From the NCBI GenBank assembly GCA_963728605.1, contig CAVSKS010000009.1, positions 205,447 through 269,446 of the forward strand: 64,000 bases of DNA, in the 5' to 3' direction. Position numbers and translations under genes: made by a program. Shown here piece after piece: positions 27,835-37,015 of the stretch. The stretch is from an uncultured Chloroflexia bacterium. Lineage in GTDB: Bacteria; Chloroflexota; Limnocylindria; Limnocylindrales; CSP1-4. The notes under the pieces are model-generated. The model searched no databases and had not been told where the DNA came from. It worked only from the letters and a program-made list of their open reading frames with translations. The first letter of the stretch is position 1; the number at the start of each line of letters is the position of its first letter.

Positions 27835-28776
27835 ATGACCGAACCCGTCACCCCTCCTCCGACGCGCGACGACCGGCCGGCCTCCACGCGCTCGATTGAT
27901 GCGATCCAGGCCGTCTTCCGCGAGCGCGACTACATCACCGACCGGAGCCTCGCCACGGCGGTGTTCCTGGGCCTCGAGCTGGGTCGCCCGCTGCTGCTGG
28001 AAGGCGAGGCCGGCGTGGGCAAGACCGAGCTGGCCAAGGTCCTCGCCGCGACCCTCGGCGCCCGGCTTATCCGGCTCCAGTGCTACGAGGGCCTGGACGT
28101 CAACAACGCAGTCTACGAGTGGAACTACCCGCGCCAGATGCTGGAGATCCGGCTGCTCGAAGCGCGTGGTGAGGCGACCCATGCCAGCGCCCACGACATC
28201 TTCGGTGAGGCGTTCCTGATCCGGCGACCACTCCTCCAGGCGCTCGATTCGAGCGAGGACGGCATCCCGCCCGTCCTCCTGATCGACGAGATCGACCGGG
28301 CCGACGAGGAGTTCGAGGCCTACCTGCTCGAGATCCTGTCCGACTTCCAGGTCACGGTCCCCGAGATCGGCACGATCCGGGCAGCCCGGCCGCCGCGGGT
28401 GATCCTGACCTCGAATCGAACGCGCGAGGTCCACGACGCACTCAAGCGCCGCTGCCTGTACCACTGGATCGACTATCCGACCCTCCAAAAGGAGTTCGAG
28501 ATCGTCCTGGCCCGCGTCCCCCAGGCGCCCGAACGGCTGGCTCGCGAGGTCGTCGCGTTCGTCCATCGGCTCAGGGAGGCCGACCTCACCAAGGTCCCCG
28601 GGATCGCCGAGACGCTCGACTGGGCAGCGGCCCTGCTGTCGATGGGCGCCCGCGAGCTGGCGCCGGAGCTGGTCGACGAGACGCTTGGCGTGGTCCTCAA
28701 GTACGAGGAGGACATCCGCCAGATCCGCGGCGAGACCGCGCGTCGGTACCTTGCCGAGGCGGGCAGCCGGAGCTGA
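27835..28776 (+). CDS. coxD: MoxR-family AAA+ ATPase (CoxD-like)
   Basis: Internal ATG at 27835. Walker A is LLLEGEAGVGKTELAK and Walker B is VLLIDEIDRADEE. Confidence 0.85.
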   Translation: MTEPVTPPPTRDDRPASTRSIDAIQAVFRERDYITDRSLATAVFLGLELGRPLLLEGEAGVGKTELAKVLAATLGARLIRLQCYEGLDVNNAVYEWNYPRQMLEIRLLEARGEATHASAHDIFGEAFLIRRPLLQALDSSEDGIPPVLLIDEIDRADEEFEAYLLEILSDFQVTVPEIGTIRAARPPRVILTSNRTREVHDALKRRCLYHWIDYPTLQKEFEIVLARVPQAPERLAREVVAFVHRLREADLTKVPGIAETLDWAAALLSMGARELAPELVDETLGVVLKYEEDIRQIRGETARRYLAEAGSRS

Positions 28777-28789
28777 CGGACGTGGACGC

Positions 28790-30187
28790 ATGACCCAGCC
28801 CGGAATCGCGAGGACGCCCCGCGGCGAGGAGGTCGACGGCCGCCGGCTCCTGGTCGAGTCCGTCCGTTTCGGGCGGGCCTTGCGGCGGGCGGGCCTGGGA
28901 ATCGACCTCGGGGCGGCGCTCGACTTCGCCCGCGCCTCGACGCTGGTCGACATCGGCGATCGGGAGCAGGTCCGGGAGGCGGGGGCCGCGGTCTTCGTCC
29001 GCCGGCGGGACGACCGCGAGGTGTATGACCGGGTGTTCGACCGGTTCTGGCGGCGGCGCGGGATGCCGCTGCCCGGTGAGGTGCCCGACGGCCCCACGCT
29101 CGAGCGCGAGGGCATGCCCTCCGACGGGGCGGATGGCTCGCCGGCCGAGGGGCAGACCGAGGGCGCATCGCGCGACGACCTGCGCGGGGTCCCGATCCCG
29201 AGCAACGATGACGATGGCGGGACCGACAGCGACGATGTCGACGGGATCGTCATCGCCCCGGACGCGTTCAGCGCGGCAGAAGTCCTGCGGCATCGCGACT
29301 TCGACCGGATGACCCCGGCCGAGCTGCGCGACGCCGAGCGGCTGGTGGACCTCCTGACACCGCGGCTCGAGAAGCGCCGGACCCGGCGCTACGAGCTTCA
29401 CCATCACGGCCGGCTGCTCGCGCCGCGGACGATGCTCCGGCGCAACCTGACCACCGGCGGCCAGTTCACGGAGTGGGTCTGGCGGCGACCGACGCGCCGG
29501 CCGCGGCCGCTCGTCGTGCTGTGCGACATCTCCGGCTCGATGGAGCGCCACTCCCGCCTCCTCCTGCGGTTCATCCAGGCGCTGGCCGCGTCATCCGAAG
29601 TTCGAACCGAATCATTCGTCTTCGGGACCCGGCTCACCCGGGTCACCCGCCTGCTCCGCGATCGCGATCGCGACCGCGCTTTGACCCGGGTCTCCGACGC
29701 CGTCACGGATTGGGCCGGCGGGACGCGGATCGGCGAGAGCTTCCGCGACTTCAACCTTCGCTGGGCGCGCCGAACGCTTCGATCGAGCGGGGTGGTGATC
29801 GTGGTGTCCGACGGCTGGGACCGGGGCGACCCCGCACTCGTCGCCGCGGAGACTGCCCGCCTGCGCCGCAACTGCCACCGGCTGGTCTGGCTCAACCCGC
29901 TGGCAGGCACGCCCGGCTACCAGCCGCTGGCGGCCGGCATGCGAGCGGCGTTCCCATATGTCGACGACTTCCTGCCGGCCGGGACCGTCGCCAGCCTCGA
30001 GCGGCTCGGTGAGATCCTGGCTGGCGTTCGGGCCAGCGACACTCGCCGCAGCGGCGAAGCGGCGGCGTCGGTCGGCAACGTCACCGCGGAGGCGGTCCGG
30101 GCGATGGCGCCACCGGACGCGATCGGCGGCCCGTCCGCCGACCCCAGCCGCGCGGCGCCGCTCCGCTCGCGGCGCGGACTCGACTGA
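28790..30187 (+). CDS. coxE: VWA-domain protein (CoxE-like)
   Basis: Internal ATG at 28790 (MTQPGIARTPRGEE...). The C-terminal VWA domain has the MIDAS motif LVVLCDISGSMERH. Confidence 0.8.
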   Translation: MTQPGIARTPRGEEVDGRRLLVESVRFGRALRRAGLGIDLGAALDFARASTLVDIGDREQVREAGAAVFVRRRDDREVYDRVFDRFWRRRGMPLPGEVPDGPTLEREGMPSDGADGSPAEGQTEGASRDDLRGVPIPSNDDDGGTDSDDVDGIVIAPDAFSAAEVLRHRDFDRMTPAELRDAERLVDLLTPRLEKRRTRRYELHHHGRLLAPRTMLRRNLTTGGQFTEWVWRRPTRRPRPLVVLCDISGSMERHSRLLLRFIQALAASSEVRTESFVFGTRLTRVTRLLRDRDRDRALTRVSDAVTDWAGGTRIGESFRDFNLRWARRTLRSSGVVIVVSDGWDRGDPALVAAETARLRRNCHRLVWLNPLAGTPGYQPLAAGMRAAFPYVDDFLPAGTVASLERLGEILAGVRASDTRRSGEAAASVGNVTAEAVRAMAPPDAIGGPSADPSRAAPLRSRRGLD

Positions 30188-30207
30188 GGCAACGGGGGCA
30201 GAGGAGC

Positions 30208-31344
30208 ATGAAGGAGCTGCTGGACACGCTGGCTGCCTGGAGCGCCGACGGCGTCGAGGCCGGCCGAGCCGTCGTAGTCCGGACCTTCGGCTCGGCGCCG
30301 CGGCCGGAAGGCGCGGTCCTGCTGTACGCGGCCGATGGACGGATTGCCGGCTCGGTCAGCGGCGGCTGCGTGGAAGGCGCGGCGGCGGAGGAGATCGAGG
30401 CCGCCCGGGTCAGTGGCCGGGCGCGGGTCATCCGGTACGGGATCAGCGACGAGCAGGCGTGGGACGTCGGGTTGGCATGTGGCGGCACGATCGACGTGCT
30501 CGTCCAGCCGTTCGTCCCGGCCGAGGCGATCGCGGCGGCGCGAGCCTCGGCGGGTGGGGGAGATGGCGCGGCCGTCGTGACCCGGCTGCCCCCGGATGCT
30601 CCGCCGCCGGCGTTCGGGCTCCACCAGCCCGGCAGCGGGGCGGCGCCGGAGCCGCCGCTCGTGGTCCACGATGACGGGCGCCTCGACGGCAGCCTCGGCT
30701 CCGCTGAGCTGGACGACCTCCTCGTTGGTGTCGCCCGCGACGCGCTCAACCGGGGAACGTCGCGGACGGTCGAGCTGGCGGGTCGGTCCCTGTTCGTCGA
30801 GGCCTACCCCGTCCGTCCGCGGCTGGTCGTCGTGGGGGCGGTGGAGGTCTGTCGGTTTCTCGTCAGGATCGCGCGAGAGCTGGGCTACGAGACGATCGTC
30901 GTCGACGGCCGCGCCTCGTTCGCGACGCCGGAGCGGTTCCCGCCGGAGCTGGTGGACCGGCTGCTGGTGGGCTGGCCGGACGAGATCGCCGACGAGATCG
31001 GCCTTGGTCCCAACGACGCCGTTGCCGTCCTGACGCACGACGTGAAGTTCGACGAGCCGGCCATCGTCGAGGCGCTTCGACGTGGCTGCCGGTATGTCGG
31101 CGCGGTCGGCTCGCGGAAGACCCAGGCAGACCGCCGGGCGCGGCTGCTGGAGGCGGGCGTGACGCCGTCCGAGCTGGAACGGCTGCGCGGGCCAATCGGG
31201 CTCGACCTCGGCGGTCGGGCGCCGTCGGAGACCGCGCTGGCGATCATGTCCGAAGTTGTCGCCGCCCGGTACGAGGGCTCGGGCCGGCCGATGCGCGACC
31301 TTGCCCGCGAGCGCGAGGCCCTCGACGCCGTGGCAACCGGGTGA
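30208..31344 (+). CDS. xdhC: XdhC/CoxF/CoxI family molybdenum-cofactor insertion chaperone
   Basis: VVRTFGSAPRPEGAVLL...GSVSGGCVEG (XdhC_CoxI N-domain), then a Rossmann-like LVVVGAVEV... C-domain. Confidence 0.85.
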   Translation: MKELLDTLAAWSADGVEAGRAVVVRTFGSAPRPEGAVLLYAADGRIAGSVSGGCVEGAAAEEIEAARVSGRARVIRYGISDEQAWDVGLACGGTIDVLVQPFVPAEAIAAARASAGGGDGAAVVTRLPPDAPPPAFGLHQPGSGAAPEPPLVVHDDGRLDGSLGSAELDDLLVGVARDALNRGTSRTVELAGRSLFVEAYPVRPRLVVVGAVEVCRFLVRIARELGYETIVVDGRASFATPERFPPELVDRLLVGWPDEIADEIGLGPNDAVAVLTHDVKFDEPAIVEALRRGCRYVGAVGSRKTQADRRARLLEAGVTPSELERLRGPIGLDLGGRAPSETALAIMSEVVAARYEGSGRPMRDLAREREALDAVATG

Positions 31345-31934
31345 GCGTCGCCGGTCTCGTCCTTGCCGCGGGTGCGTCGACGCGGTTCGGCAGCCCGAAA
31401 GTCCTCGCCCGGCTGGATGGCCGGCCGCTCCTCGAACACGTCCTCGACGCTCTTCGGACGGCCGGGATCGAGCACATCGTGGTCGTCCTCGGGAACTTTG
31501 CCGAGGAGGTCGAGGACGGGATCGACTGGCTCGACGAGGTCCGGGTCCGCAACCCGGACCCGCGGCTCCTGTCCGGCTCACTGCAGGTGGGCCTGTCGGC
31601 GGTCGACGAGCTTGACCCGCCGGTCCGCGCTGCGATCGTCATGCTGGCCGACCAGCCGCGGACCCGGCCGGATGTGATCCGGGCCCTCGTGGCCGCGTCC
31701 CGCGGTTCCGACCGGCCGATCGTCGTTCCCCGGTATGCGGACGGCGGCGGCCCGAACCCGATCCTGGTCCGGCGCGACGCCTTCGATCTCGCCGACGAGG
31801 CCAGCGGTGACCGCGGCCTTGGCCCGCTGATCGACGAACGGCCGGAGCTGGTGCTCGAGGTCCCGGTCGATGGCAACAACCCGGACGTCGACACGCCGGA
31901 CGACCTGGCCGCCCTCGAAGGCGAGGGGGAGTGA
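31341..31934 (+). CDS. mocA: MobA/MocA-like nucleotidyltransferase (Moco cytidylyltransferase-type)
   Basis: GLVLAAGASTRFGSPKVLARLDGRPLLEHVL. The GTG start overlaps the xdhC stop by 4 nt. Confidence 0.8.
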   Translation: MSVAGLVLAAGASTRFGSPKVLARLDGRPLLEHVLDALRTAGIEHIVVVLGNFAEEVEDGIDWLDEVRVRNPDPRLLSGSLQVGLSAVDELDPPVRAAIVMLADQPRTRPDVIRALVAASRGSDRPIVVPRYADGGGPNPILVRRDAFDLADEASGDRGLGPLIDERPELVLEVPVDGNNPDVDTPDDLAALEGEGE

Positions 31935-32785
31935 CCCCGGTCGATGCGTCGGCCGCGGAGGCAACCTGGGCCACGCAGGTCCGGGCCAACCGCGAGCAGG
32001 TGGATCGGGTCCGGGAGGTTCCGGATGGGCGCGACTTCTATGCCCCCGTCAGCGACCTGTTCCGGGCCGATCCGTCGCGCACCGACGATCCCGTGCTGGA
32101 GCGCCTTCGGGTCCTGATCGTGCCCGGCGAACGATGGCTGGACATCGGCGCGGGCGCGGGCCGGTTTGCCCTGCCGATCGCGCTCGTCGCGGGCGAGGTG
32201 GTGGCGATCGATCCGTCGGCGGGGATGCTCGCGGCCCTCGCGGAGGGGCAGGAGGACGCCAGCATCGCCAACGTCCGTCGCGTCGAGGGTCGCTGGCCGC
32301 CGGACGCGGAGCTGCGCGCCGCCCTGGGCCCGTTCCCGGTGGCCGACGTCGCGTTGATCGCCCACGTCGGCTACGACGTGGAAGCGATCGGGCGGTTCGT
32401 GGACGCGATGGAAGCGGCCAGCCGGCGGCTGTGCGTAGCGGTCCTGATGGAGCGCCAGCCTGCCGCCATCGCCGATCCGTTCTGGCCGCTGGTCCACGGC
32501 GAGCCCCGGATCGGCTTGCCGGCCTTGCCGGAGTTCATCTCGCTGCTCAAGGCGCGTGGCCGCCGGCCGGAAGTCTTGATAGTCGAGAACCCGGGCCGGC
32601 GATTTCCGACCCGCGACGACCTCGTGGCCGTACTCAGGCGCCAGCTCTGGATCGCCGACGGTTCCGAGAAGCACCACCGATTCGAGACGGCGCTGGAGAC
32701 CCTCGTTGAGCAATCGGATCAGGGTTACCACCTCCGGGACCAGCCGCGGTTCCCGATCGGGATCGTGACCTGGAAACCGCGGTGA
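31931..32785 (+). CDS. class I SAM-dependent methyltransferase
   Basis: Motif I is WLDIGAGAGRFALPIA. The start overlaps the mocA stop by 4 nt. Confidence 0.7.
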   Translation: MTPVDASAAEATWATQVRANREQVDRVREVPDGRDFYAPVSDLFRADPSRTDDPVLERLRVLIVPGERWLDIGAGAGRFALPIALVAGEVVAIDPSAGMLAALAEGQEDASIANVRRVEGRWPPDAELRAALGPFPVADVALIAHVGYDVEAIGRFVDAMEAASRRLCVAVLMERQPAAIADPFWPLVHGEPRIGLPALPEFISLLKARGRRPEVLIVENPGRRFPTRDDLVAVLRRQLWIADGSEKHHRFETALETLVEQSDQGYHLRDQPRFPIGIVTWKPR

Positions 32786-32807
32786 GGTCCTCGGCGTCTC
32801 GGCGGCC

Positions 32808-33221
32808 ATGAAGCACCGTGGCCCCCCGATCTTCGTCCTCGCGCTGCTCCTGGCGGCCTGTGCCCCCTCGGCCTCACCGTCGCCGACGCAGTCGCCCACC
32901 GAGTCCGCCAATGGGGCCCTCGTGGTGACCCTGACCGCAGGCCCGGTCTGCCCGGTGGAGCAGATCCCGCCCGACCCGAACTGCGCGCCGCGGCCGGTCG
33001 CCGGAGAGGTCGTCAGCGTCGCCCTGCCCGACGGGCAGGTCGTCGACAGCCAGCGCACGGACGCCCAGGGGCGGGCCAACTTCAGTCTCCGCCCGGGTGC
33101 CTACGTGGTCACCGCACCGGAGGTCCCGGGCTACATGGGCCGCCCCGAGCCCACATCGTTCGACCTCGCAGCTCTGGAGTTCCTCGAGCTCGACCTGGAG
33201 TACGACACGGGGATCCGCTGA
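32808..33221 (+). CDS. lipoprotein with small beta-sandwich (carboxypeptidase-regulatory-like) domain
   Basis: Lipobox LALLLAAC-APS. ...VVSVALPDGQVVDSQRTDAQGRANFSLRPGAYVV. Confidence 0.7.
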   Translation: MKHRGPPIFVLALLLAACAPSASPSPTQSPTESANGALVVTLTAGPVCPVEQIPPDPNCAPRPVAGEVVSVALPDGQVVDSQRTDAQGRANFSLRPGAYVVTAPEVPGYMGRPEPTSFDLAALEFLELDLEYDTGIR

Positions 33222-33238
33222 CCGGCTACCCTCGCGGG

Positions 33239-34054
33239 GTGTTCCTCGTCTCGTACATGTCGGCCAACGAGGTCGCCCGCCAGCTGGACTACCGCATGAC
33301 CGGGGGCTGGGGCGAAGGCGACCGGGCCGCGAACGATCACTACCGGCCCATCGAGACGTATCGCGACCGGATCAACGACCTCTTCGGGCGCGCCCGGGGG
33401 CTCGGCTTCGACGCGACCGACCTGTGGACGGCCCATCTCAACCCCGCCTGGGCGACCGAGGAGCACGTCGAGGTCGTGATCGATCGCCTGGAGGCCCACG
33501 ACCTTCGCCTTGCCAGCCTGGCCTGGTGGATGGGCCCGGGCATCGAGGCCGCCGAGGCGGCCTGCCGGATCGCCGTCGCGCTGGGACGGCCGATCATCGG
33601 CGGCGGGCTATCCGTCGAAGACGAGGACCGGCCTCGCTTCGCCAAGCTCCTCGAGCGGCATGACCTGCGGTTCGGGCTCGAGAACCACCCGGAACGAACC
33701 CCCGACGAGGTGCTCCAGCGGATCGACGGCCTCGGCGAGCGGGTGGGGGCGACCGTCGACACCGGCTGGTTCGGGACGCAGGGCTACGACGCGGCGGAGG
33801 CGATCCTGCGCCTCGGCGACCGCGTGTTCCACGTCCACCTCAAGGACGTACGCGAGGTTGGCGAGCACCGGACCTGCGCTCTGGGCGACGGCATCGTGCC
33901 CATCGAACGCTGTCTCGAGGCTCTCCAGCGGATCGGCTACCGCGGCGCGATCAGCATCGAGCACGAGCCGGACGACTACGACCCGTCCGAGGAGGTCCGC
34001 GCCGGCCGCCGGCTCGTCGAGGCGTGGCTCGCCCGAGCAGGAGCCCTGGCGTGA
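33239..34054 (+). CDS. sugar phosphate isomerase/epimerase (xylose isomerase-like TIM barrel)
   Basis: ...RFGLENHPE..., ...VHLKDV..., ...ISIEHEP... are typical of the AP-endonuclease-2/TIM family. GTG start. Confidence 0.75.
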   Translation: MFLVSYMSANEVARQLDYRMTGGWGEGDRAANDHYRPIETYRDRINDLFGRARGLGFDATDLWTAHLNPAWATEEHVEVVIDRLEAHDLRLASLAWWMGPGIEAAEAACRIAVALGRPIIGGGLSVEDEDRPRFAKLLERHDLRFGLENHPERTPDEVLQRIDGLGERVGATVDTGWFGTQGYDAAEAILRLGDRVFHVHLKDVREVGEHRTCALGDGIVPIERCLEALQRIGYRGAISIEHEPDDYDPSEEVRAGRRLVEAWLARAGALA

Positions 34055-35127
34055 AGGCGTCGCGGCTCCGGGTTGGGATCGTCGGCTGCGGCAACATCAG
34101 CAGCCAGTACGCCCGCGACATCGTTGCCAAGTCTCAGCTACAGCTCACGACCTGCACCGATCTCGATCCGTCCCGGGCGGCGGTCATCGCCCGCGACTAC
34201 GGCTGCCGCGCCGTCCCGACCGTGGACGACGTCATCGCCGAGTCGGACCTGGTCGTGAACCTGACCTTCCAGCAGCAGCACGCCCCCGTGACGCGGCAGG
34301 CCCTCGATTCCGGCCGGCACGTCCACACCGAGAAGCCGCTGGCGATGGCGCCGAACGACGGGCACGCCCTCGTGGCGTTGGCCCGGGAGCGGGGCGTCCG
34401 CCTCGGTACGGCGCCGTTCACCCTGATGGGGGAGGCCCAGCAGACGGCCTGGAAGGTCCTTCGCGACGGCCGGATCGGCCGGGTTCGGGCCGTCCTGGCG
34501 GATGTCTCGTGGGGCATGATCGAGACCTGGCACCCGGCGCCCGTTCCGTTCTACGAGGTCGGCCCACTGGTCGATGTCGGGGTGTATCCGCTGACGCTGA
34601 TCACCGCCATGCTCGGGCCCGTCCGGCGAGTCCAGGCGTTCGGCCGGGTCCTTCTCCCGGAGCGACACACCGTCGACGGGGTCCCGTTCACCCTGGAGAC
34701 GCCCGATTTCATCGTCTGCGGCCTGGAGCTGGAGGGGGGCGTCGCGGTCCGGCTCACGGCCAGCTTCTACACCGGCCACCAGGCGCGGCGGGAGGCGGCC
34801 GTCGAGTTCCACGGCGACGCCGGCTCGCTCGATCTCGAGCGCTTCGATTCGTTCGATACCGGCCTCGCGATCGCCGGTTTCGGGGAGAAGGAAGGCTACG
34901 CGCCGGTGCCGCTCGTCCGCCCGGCCGCGGTCAAGTTCGACTACGCCCGCTCGATCGTGGACATGGCCGAGGCGATCGCCGAAAACCGGCCCCACCGGGC
35001 GACCGGCGAGCAGGCGGCCCACGTCGTGGACGTCTTCGCCGCGGTCGTGGAATCGGTCCGGACGGAGCGCGCCGTGGCGGTGACCTCGTCGTTCACGCCG
35101 CCGGCACCGATGCCCTGGGCGCTGTAG
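34051..35127 (+). CDS. Gfo/Idh/MocA family NAD(P)-dependent oxidoreductase
   Basis: GTG at 34051 forms a GTGA overlap with the upstream stop. Rossmann motif [16 protein letters not shown], plus ...HVHTEKPLA.... Confidence 0.85.
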   Translation: MKASRLRVGIVGCGNISSQYARDIVAKSQLQLTTCTDLDPSRAAVIARDYGCRAVPTVDDVIAESDLVVNLTFQQQHAPVTRQALDSGRHVHTEKPLAMAPNDGHALVALARERGVRLGTAPFTLMGEAQQTAWKVLRDGRIGRVRAVLADVSWGMIETWHPAPVPFYEVGPLVDVGVYPLTLITAMLGPVRRVQAFGRVLLPERHTVDGVPFTLETPDFIVCGLELEGGVAVRLTASFYTGHQARREAAVEFHGDAGSLDLERFDSFDTGLAIAGFGEKEGYAPVPLVRPAAVKFDYARSIVDMAEAIAENRPHRATGEQAAHVVDVFAAVVESVRTERAVAVTSSFTPPAPMPWAL

Positions 35128-35140
35128 CCGGCGCGCCTCG

Positions 35141-35825
35141 TCAGGCTTCGATCGCCCCGCCGACCTCCGCCAGGTGGCGCCGGAAGTCGTAGGCCGGGTC
35201 GGCCGCGCGGCGGGCGAGGTAATCGGCGAAGCGGAGCTGGTCGCGCAGCGAGCGGCCGGCCCGCATCTGCGTCCGCCTGGCGGCCCTCGCGGGTCGCGAT
35301 CTCGTCGGCGACCCGGAGCACCTCGTCGAACCGTGCCGCCTCCACGACCACCACGCCGTCATCGTCGGCAACGACGACGTCCTCCCGGGTCACGATCACG
35401 CCGCCCAATTCCGCTCGCTCGAGCCGGCCGTCCGGCCAGGCCCGGCCGCCCCGCGGCCCGAACGGGTTCGTGCCCAGGCTCCAGACCGGCAACCCGATCC
35501 GACGGAGCTCGGCGGTGTCGCGATGGAAGCCCCAGACCACGACGCCGGCAACGCCGGCGCCGACCATCTCGAGGACCGACAGGTCGCCGATGCAGCCCTC
35601 ATCGTCGCGGCCGCCATTGTCGATGACCATGATCCCGCCCGGCTCGGCCGTCTCGAGGGCCTCGAGGAAGACGTCCACACTCCCGGAATGCCGGCAGGGG
35701 ATCGCCGGCCCGATCGCCGGCTCGCCGGCCTGCAGCCGTGCCAGCCCCGGCGGTCCGACGCGGAGCGGGAGTCCGAGCCGGACGACGGCGTCGGCGACGG
35801 GTGCGGCGGCGAGGCGCTGATCCAT
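35141..35825 (-). pseudogene. RraA / dimethylmenaquinone-methyltransferase-like family protein with a 1-nt frameshift near the 3' end
   Basis: Frame 1 from ATG 35825 reads ...[41 protein letters not shown]...[10 protein letters not shown]. The expected C-terminus [42 protein letters not shown] is in another frame (ORF 35141-35371). The junction is at 35267-35273. Confidence 0.75.
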
Positions 35826-35842
35826 GACCGAAGCCTAGTCGC

Positions 35843-36244
35843 TCAGCCACCGTGGAGCCGGACCCACTCCCCGATGGCGGCCTCGAGCTTTGGACGCTTT
35901 GCCCGGAGCTCCGCCATGTCCGCGAAGTACGCCATCCGACGGTCCGGGTAGTCGCCCTCGAGGAAGCCGTCCTGCCGGTCGAGAATGGCGCCGTTGTGGA
36001 AGACCAGGTGGACGCGGTCCGTGGCGTGGAGATTGATGGTGACCAGGTAGCCGCCGAAGCTGAACGTGGGCGCGTTCCACTTCCATTCCTCGGTGATCCG
36101 GGGATCGACACCCTTGATGATCTCGCGGACCACCTGGACCTCGGCGTCGAGCGGATGGGCGCGCTGGGTGAGGAACTCGTCGACCGTCGGGTTGGGCATC
36201 GCGGGCATTGTCGCATCGCGCCCCTTGACCACGACCTGCGTCAA
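35843..36244 (-). CDS. DUF1801 (YdhG-like) domain protein
   Basis: ...PTVDEFLTQRAHPLDAEVQVVREIIKGVDPRITEEWKWNAPTFSFGG.... The start may be an internal ATG (36208 or 36199). Confidence 0.65.
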   Translation of the reverse strand: MTQVVVKGRDATMPAMPNPTVDEFLTQRAHPLDAEVQVVREIIKGVDPRITEEWKWNAPTFSFGGYLVTINLHATDRVHLVFHNGAILDRQDGFLEGDYPDRRMAYFADMAELRAKRPKLEAAIGEWVRLHGG

Positions 36245-36250
36245 CCTCGG

Positions 36251-36925
36251 CTAGCCCCTGCTCCACCACGCACCTGGGCCACTGGTCCATTCGATCCCGG
36301 CCAGGTCGCGAAGGTAGGACAAGGCGTCTGGGTGCCGGGCGGCGACAAAGAGACTGAAGTCATCGGGCGAACCCTCGCGCGATCGTCCATTCGGACCCGC
36401 AAACGCCAGGATGTCCGCTCCTGCGTAGAAGCAGCTCGGCTCTAGCGGCCACCGCCAGCATCCCAGCAATCGCTCGAGCGGGGCGACAGCCGCCTCGAGC
36501 TGCGACAGCGTGATCGATGCTGCCGATGCGCCATGGGCCGCGCCCATGATCGCCTCGAAGAGGACGACCTGGAGCAGGAATTGTGAGAGTGGTTCTCGTT
36601 CGGCCAGCCATACTGCCCCGGGTTGGTTGAAGCGGCCCCAGACGACGGCGTCATCGCCGTCCCCATCGGTTGCCCAAACATGGACGCCCTGGTTCTCGAC
36701 GTAGAAGACGCGCTTGTCGCCGTCACGCGCCCACTCGGGATCCCACTCCAGCGTGTTCTGGACGAAGTCCGAAGGCCGAATCACTGCCACGAGCCTGCGA
36801 ATCGCCTGGGGTTGGGGGCCAGGCGCGGCATCGGGCACAGGTGGGACGAGACGTCCATGCCATGTCTCGAGGAAGCGGGCAATCGTGTCGTCATCGGGCT
36901 CGCGAAGCAGGTCGACGAGGTTCAC
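36251..36925 (-). CDS. hypothetical protein (weak resemblance to SMI1/KNR4-SUKH-type proteins)
   Basis: 224-aa ORF with good GC3. The motif FYVENQGVHVWATDGDGDD recalls SUKH-like families, but I cannot verify this. Confidence 0.55.
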   Translation of the reverse strand: MNLVDLLREPDDDTIARFLETWHGRLVPPVPDAAPGPQPQAIRRLVAVIRPSDFVQNTLEWDPEWARDGDKRVFYVENQGVHVWATDGDGDDAVVWGRFNQPGAVWLAEREPLSQFLLQVVLFEAIMGAAHGASAASITLSQLEAAVAPLERLLGCWRWPLEPSCFYAGADILAFAGPNGRSREGSPDDFSLFVAARHPDALSYLRDLAGIEWTSGPGAWWSRG

Positions 36926-36978
36926 GGCCCCATTTTCGGCGACGGTGGCTGTTCAGCGCCTGGCCTCACACAGGATGC

Positions 36979-37008
36979 TTGACAGGTGACTAATTAGTCA
37001 CATATATT
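36979..37008 (+). promoter_or_regulatory. sigma-70-type promoter with embedded perfect 16-bp palindromic operator
   Basis: TTGACA at 36979-36984, an 18-nt spacer, then TATATT at 37003-37008. The spacer holds the palindrome GTGACTAATTAGTCAC (36986-37001). ATG 37016 lies 7 nt after the -10 box. Confidence 0.6.
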
Positions 37009-37015
37009 GCCGGGC

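Noticed and set aside
20854-33079. Long minus-strand ORFs across the cox cluster (20854-22950, 23541-24836, 24475-25680, 27571-29253, 29917-31581, 31244-33079)
   Set aside because: All are antisense to genes with strong family motifs. Their products are low-complexity Arg/Gly/Pro/Asp-rich, and none has a start context or a recognisable domain.
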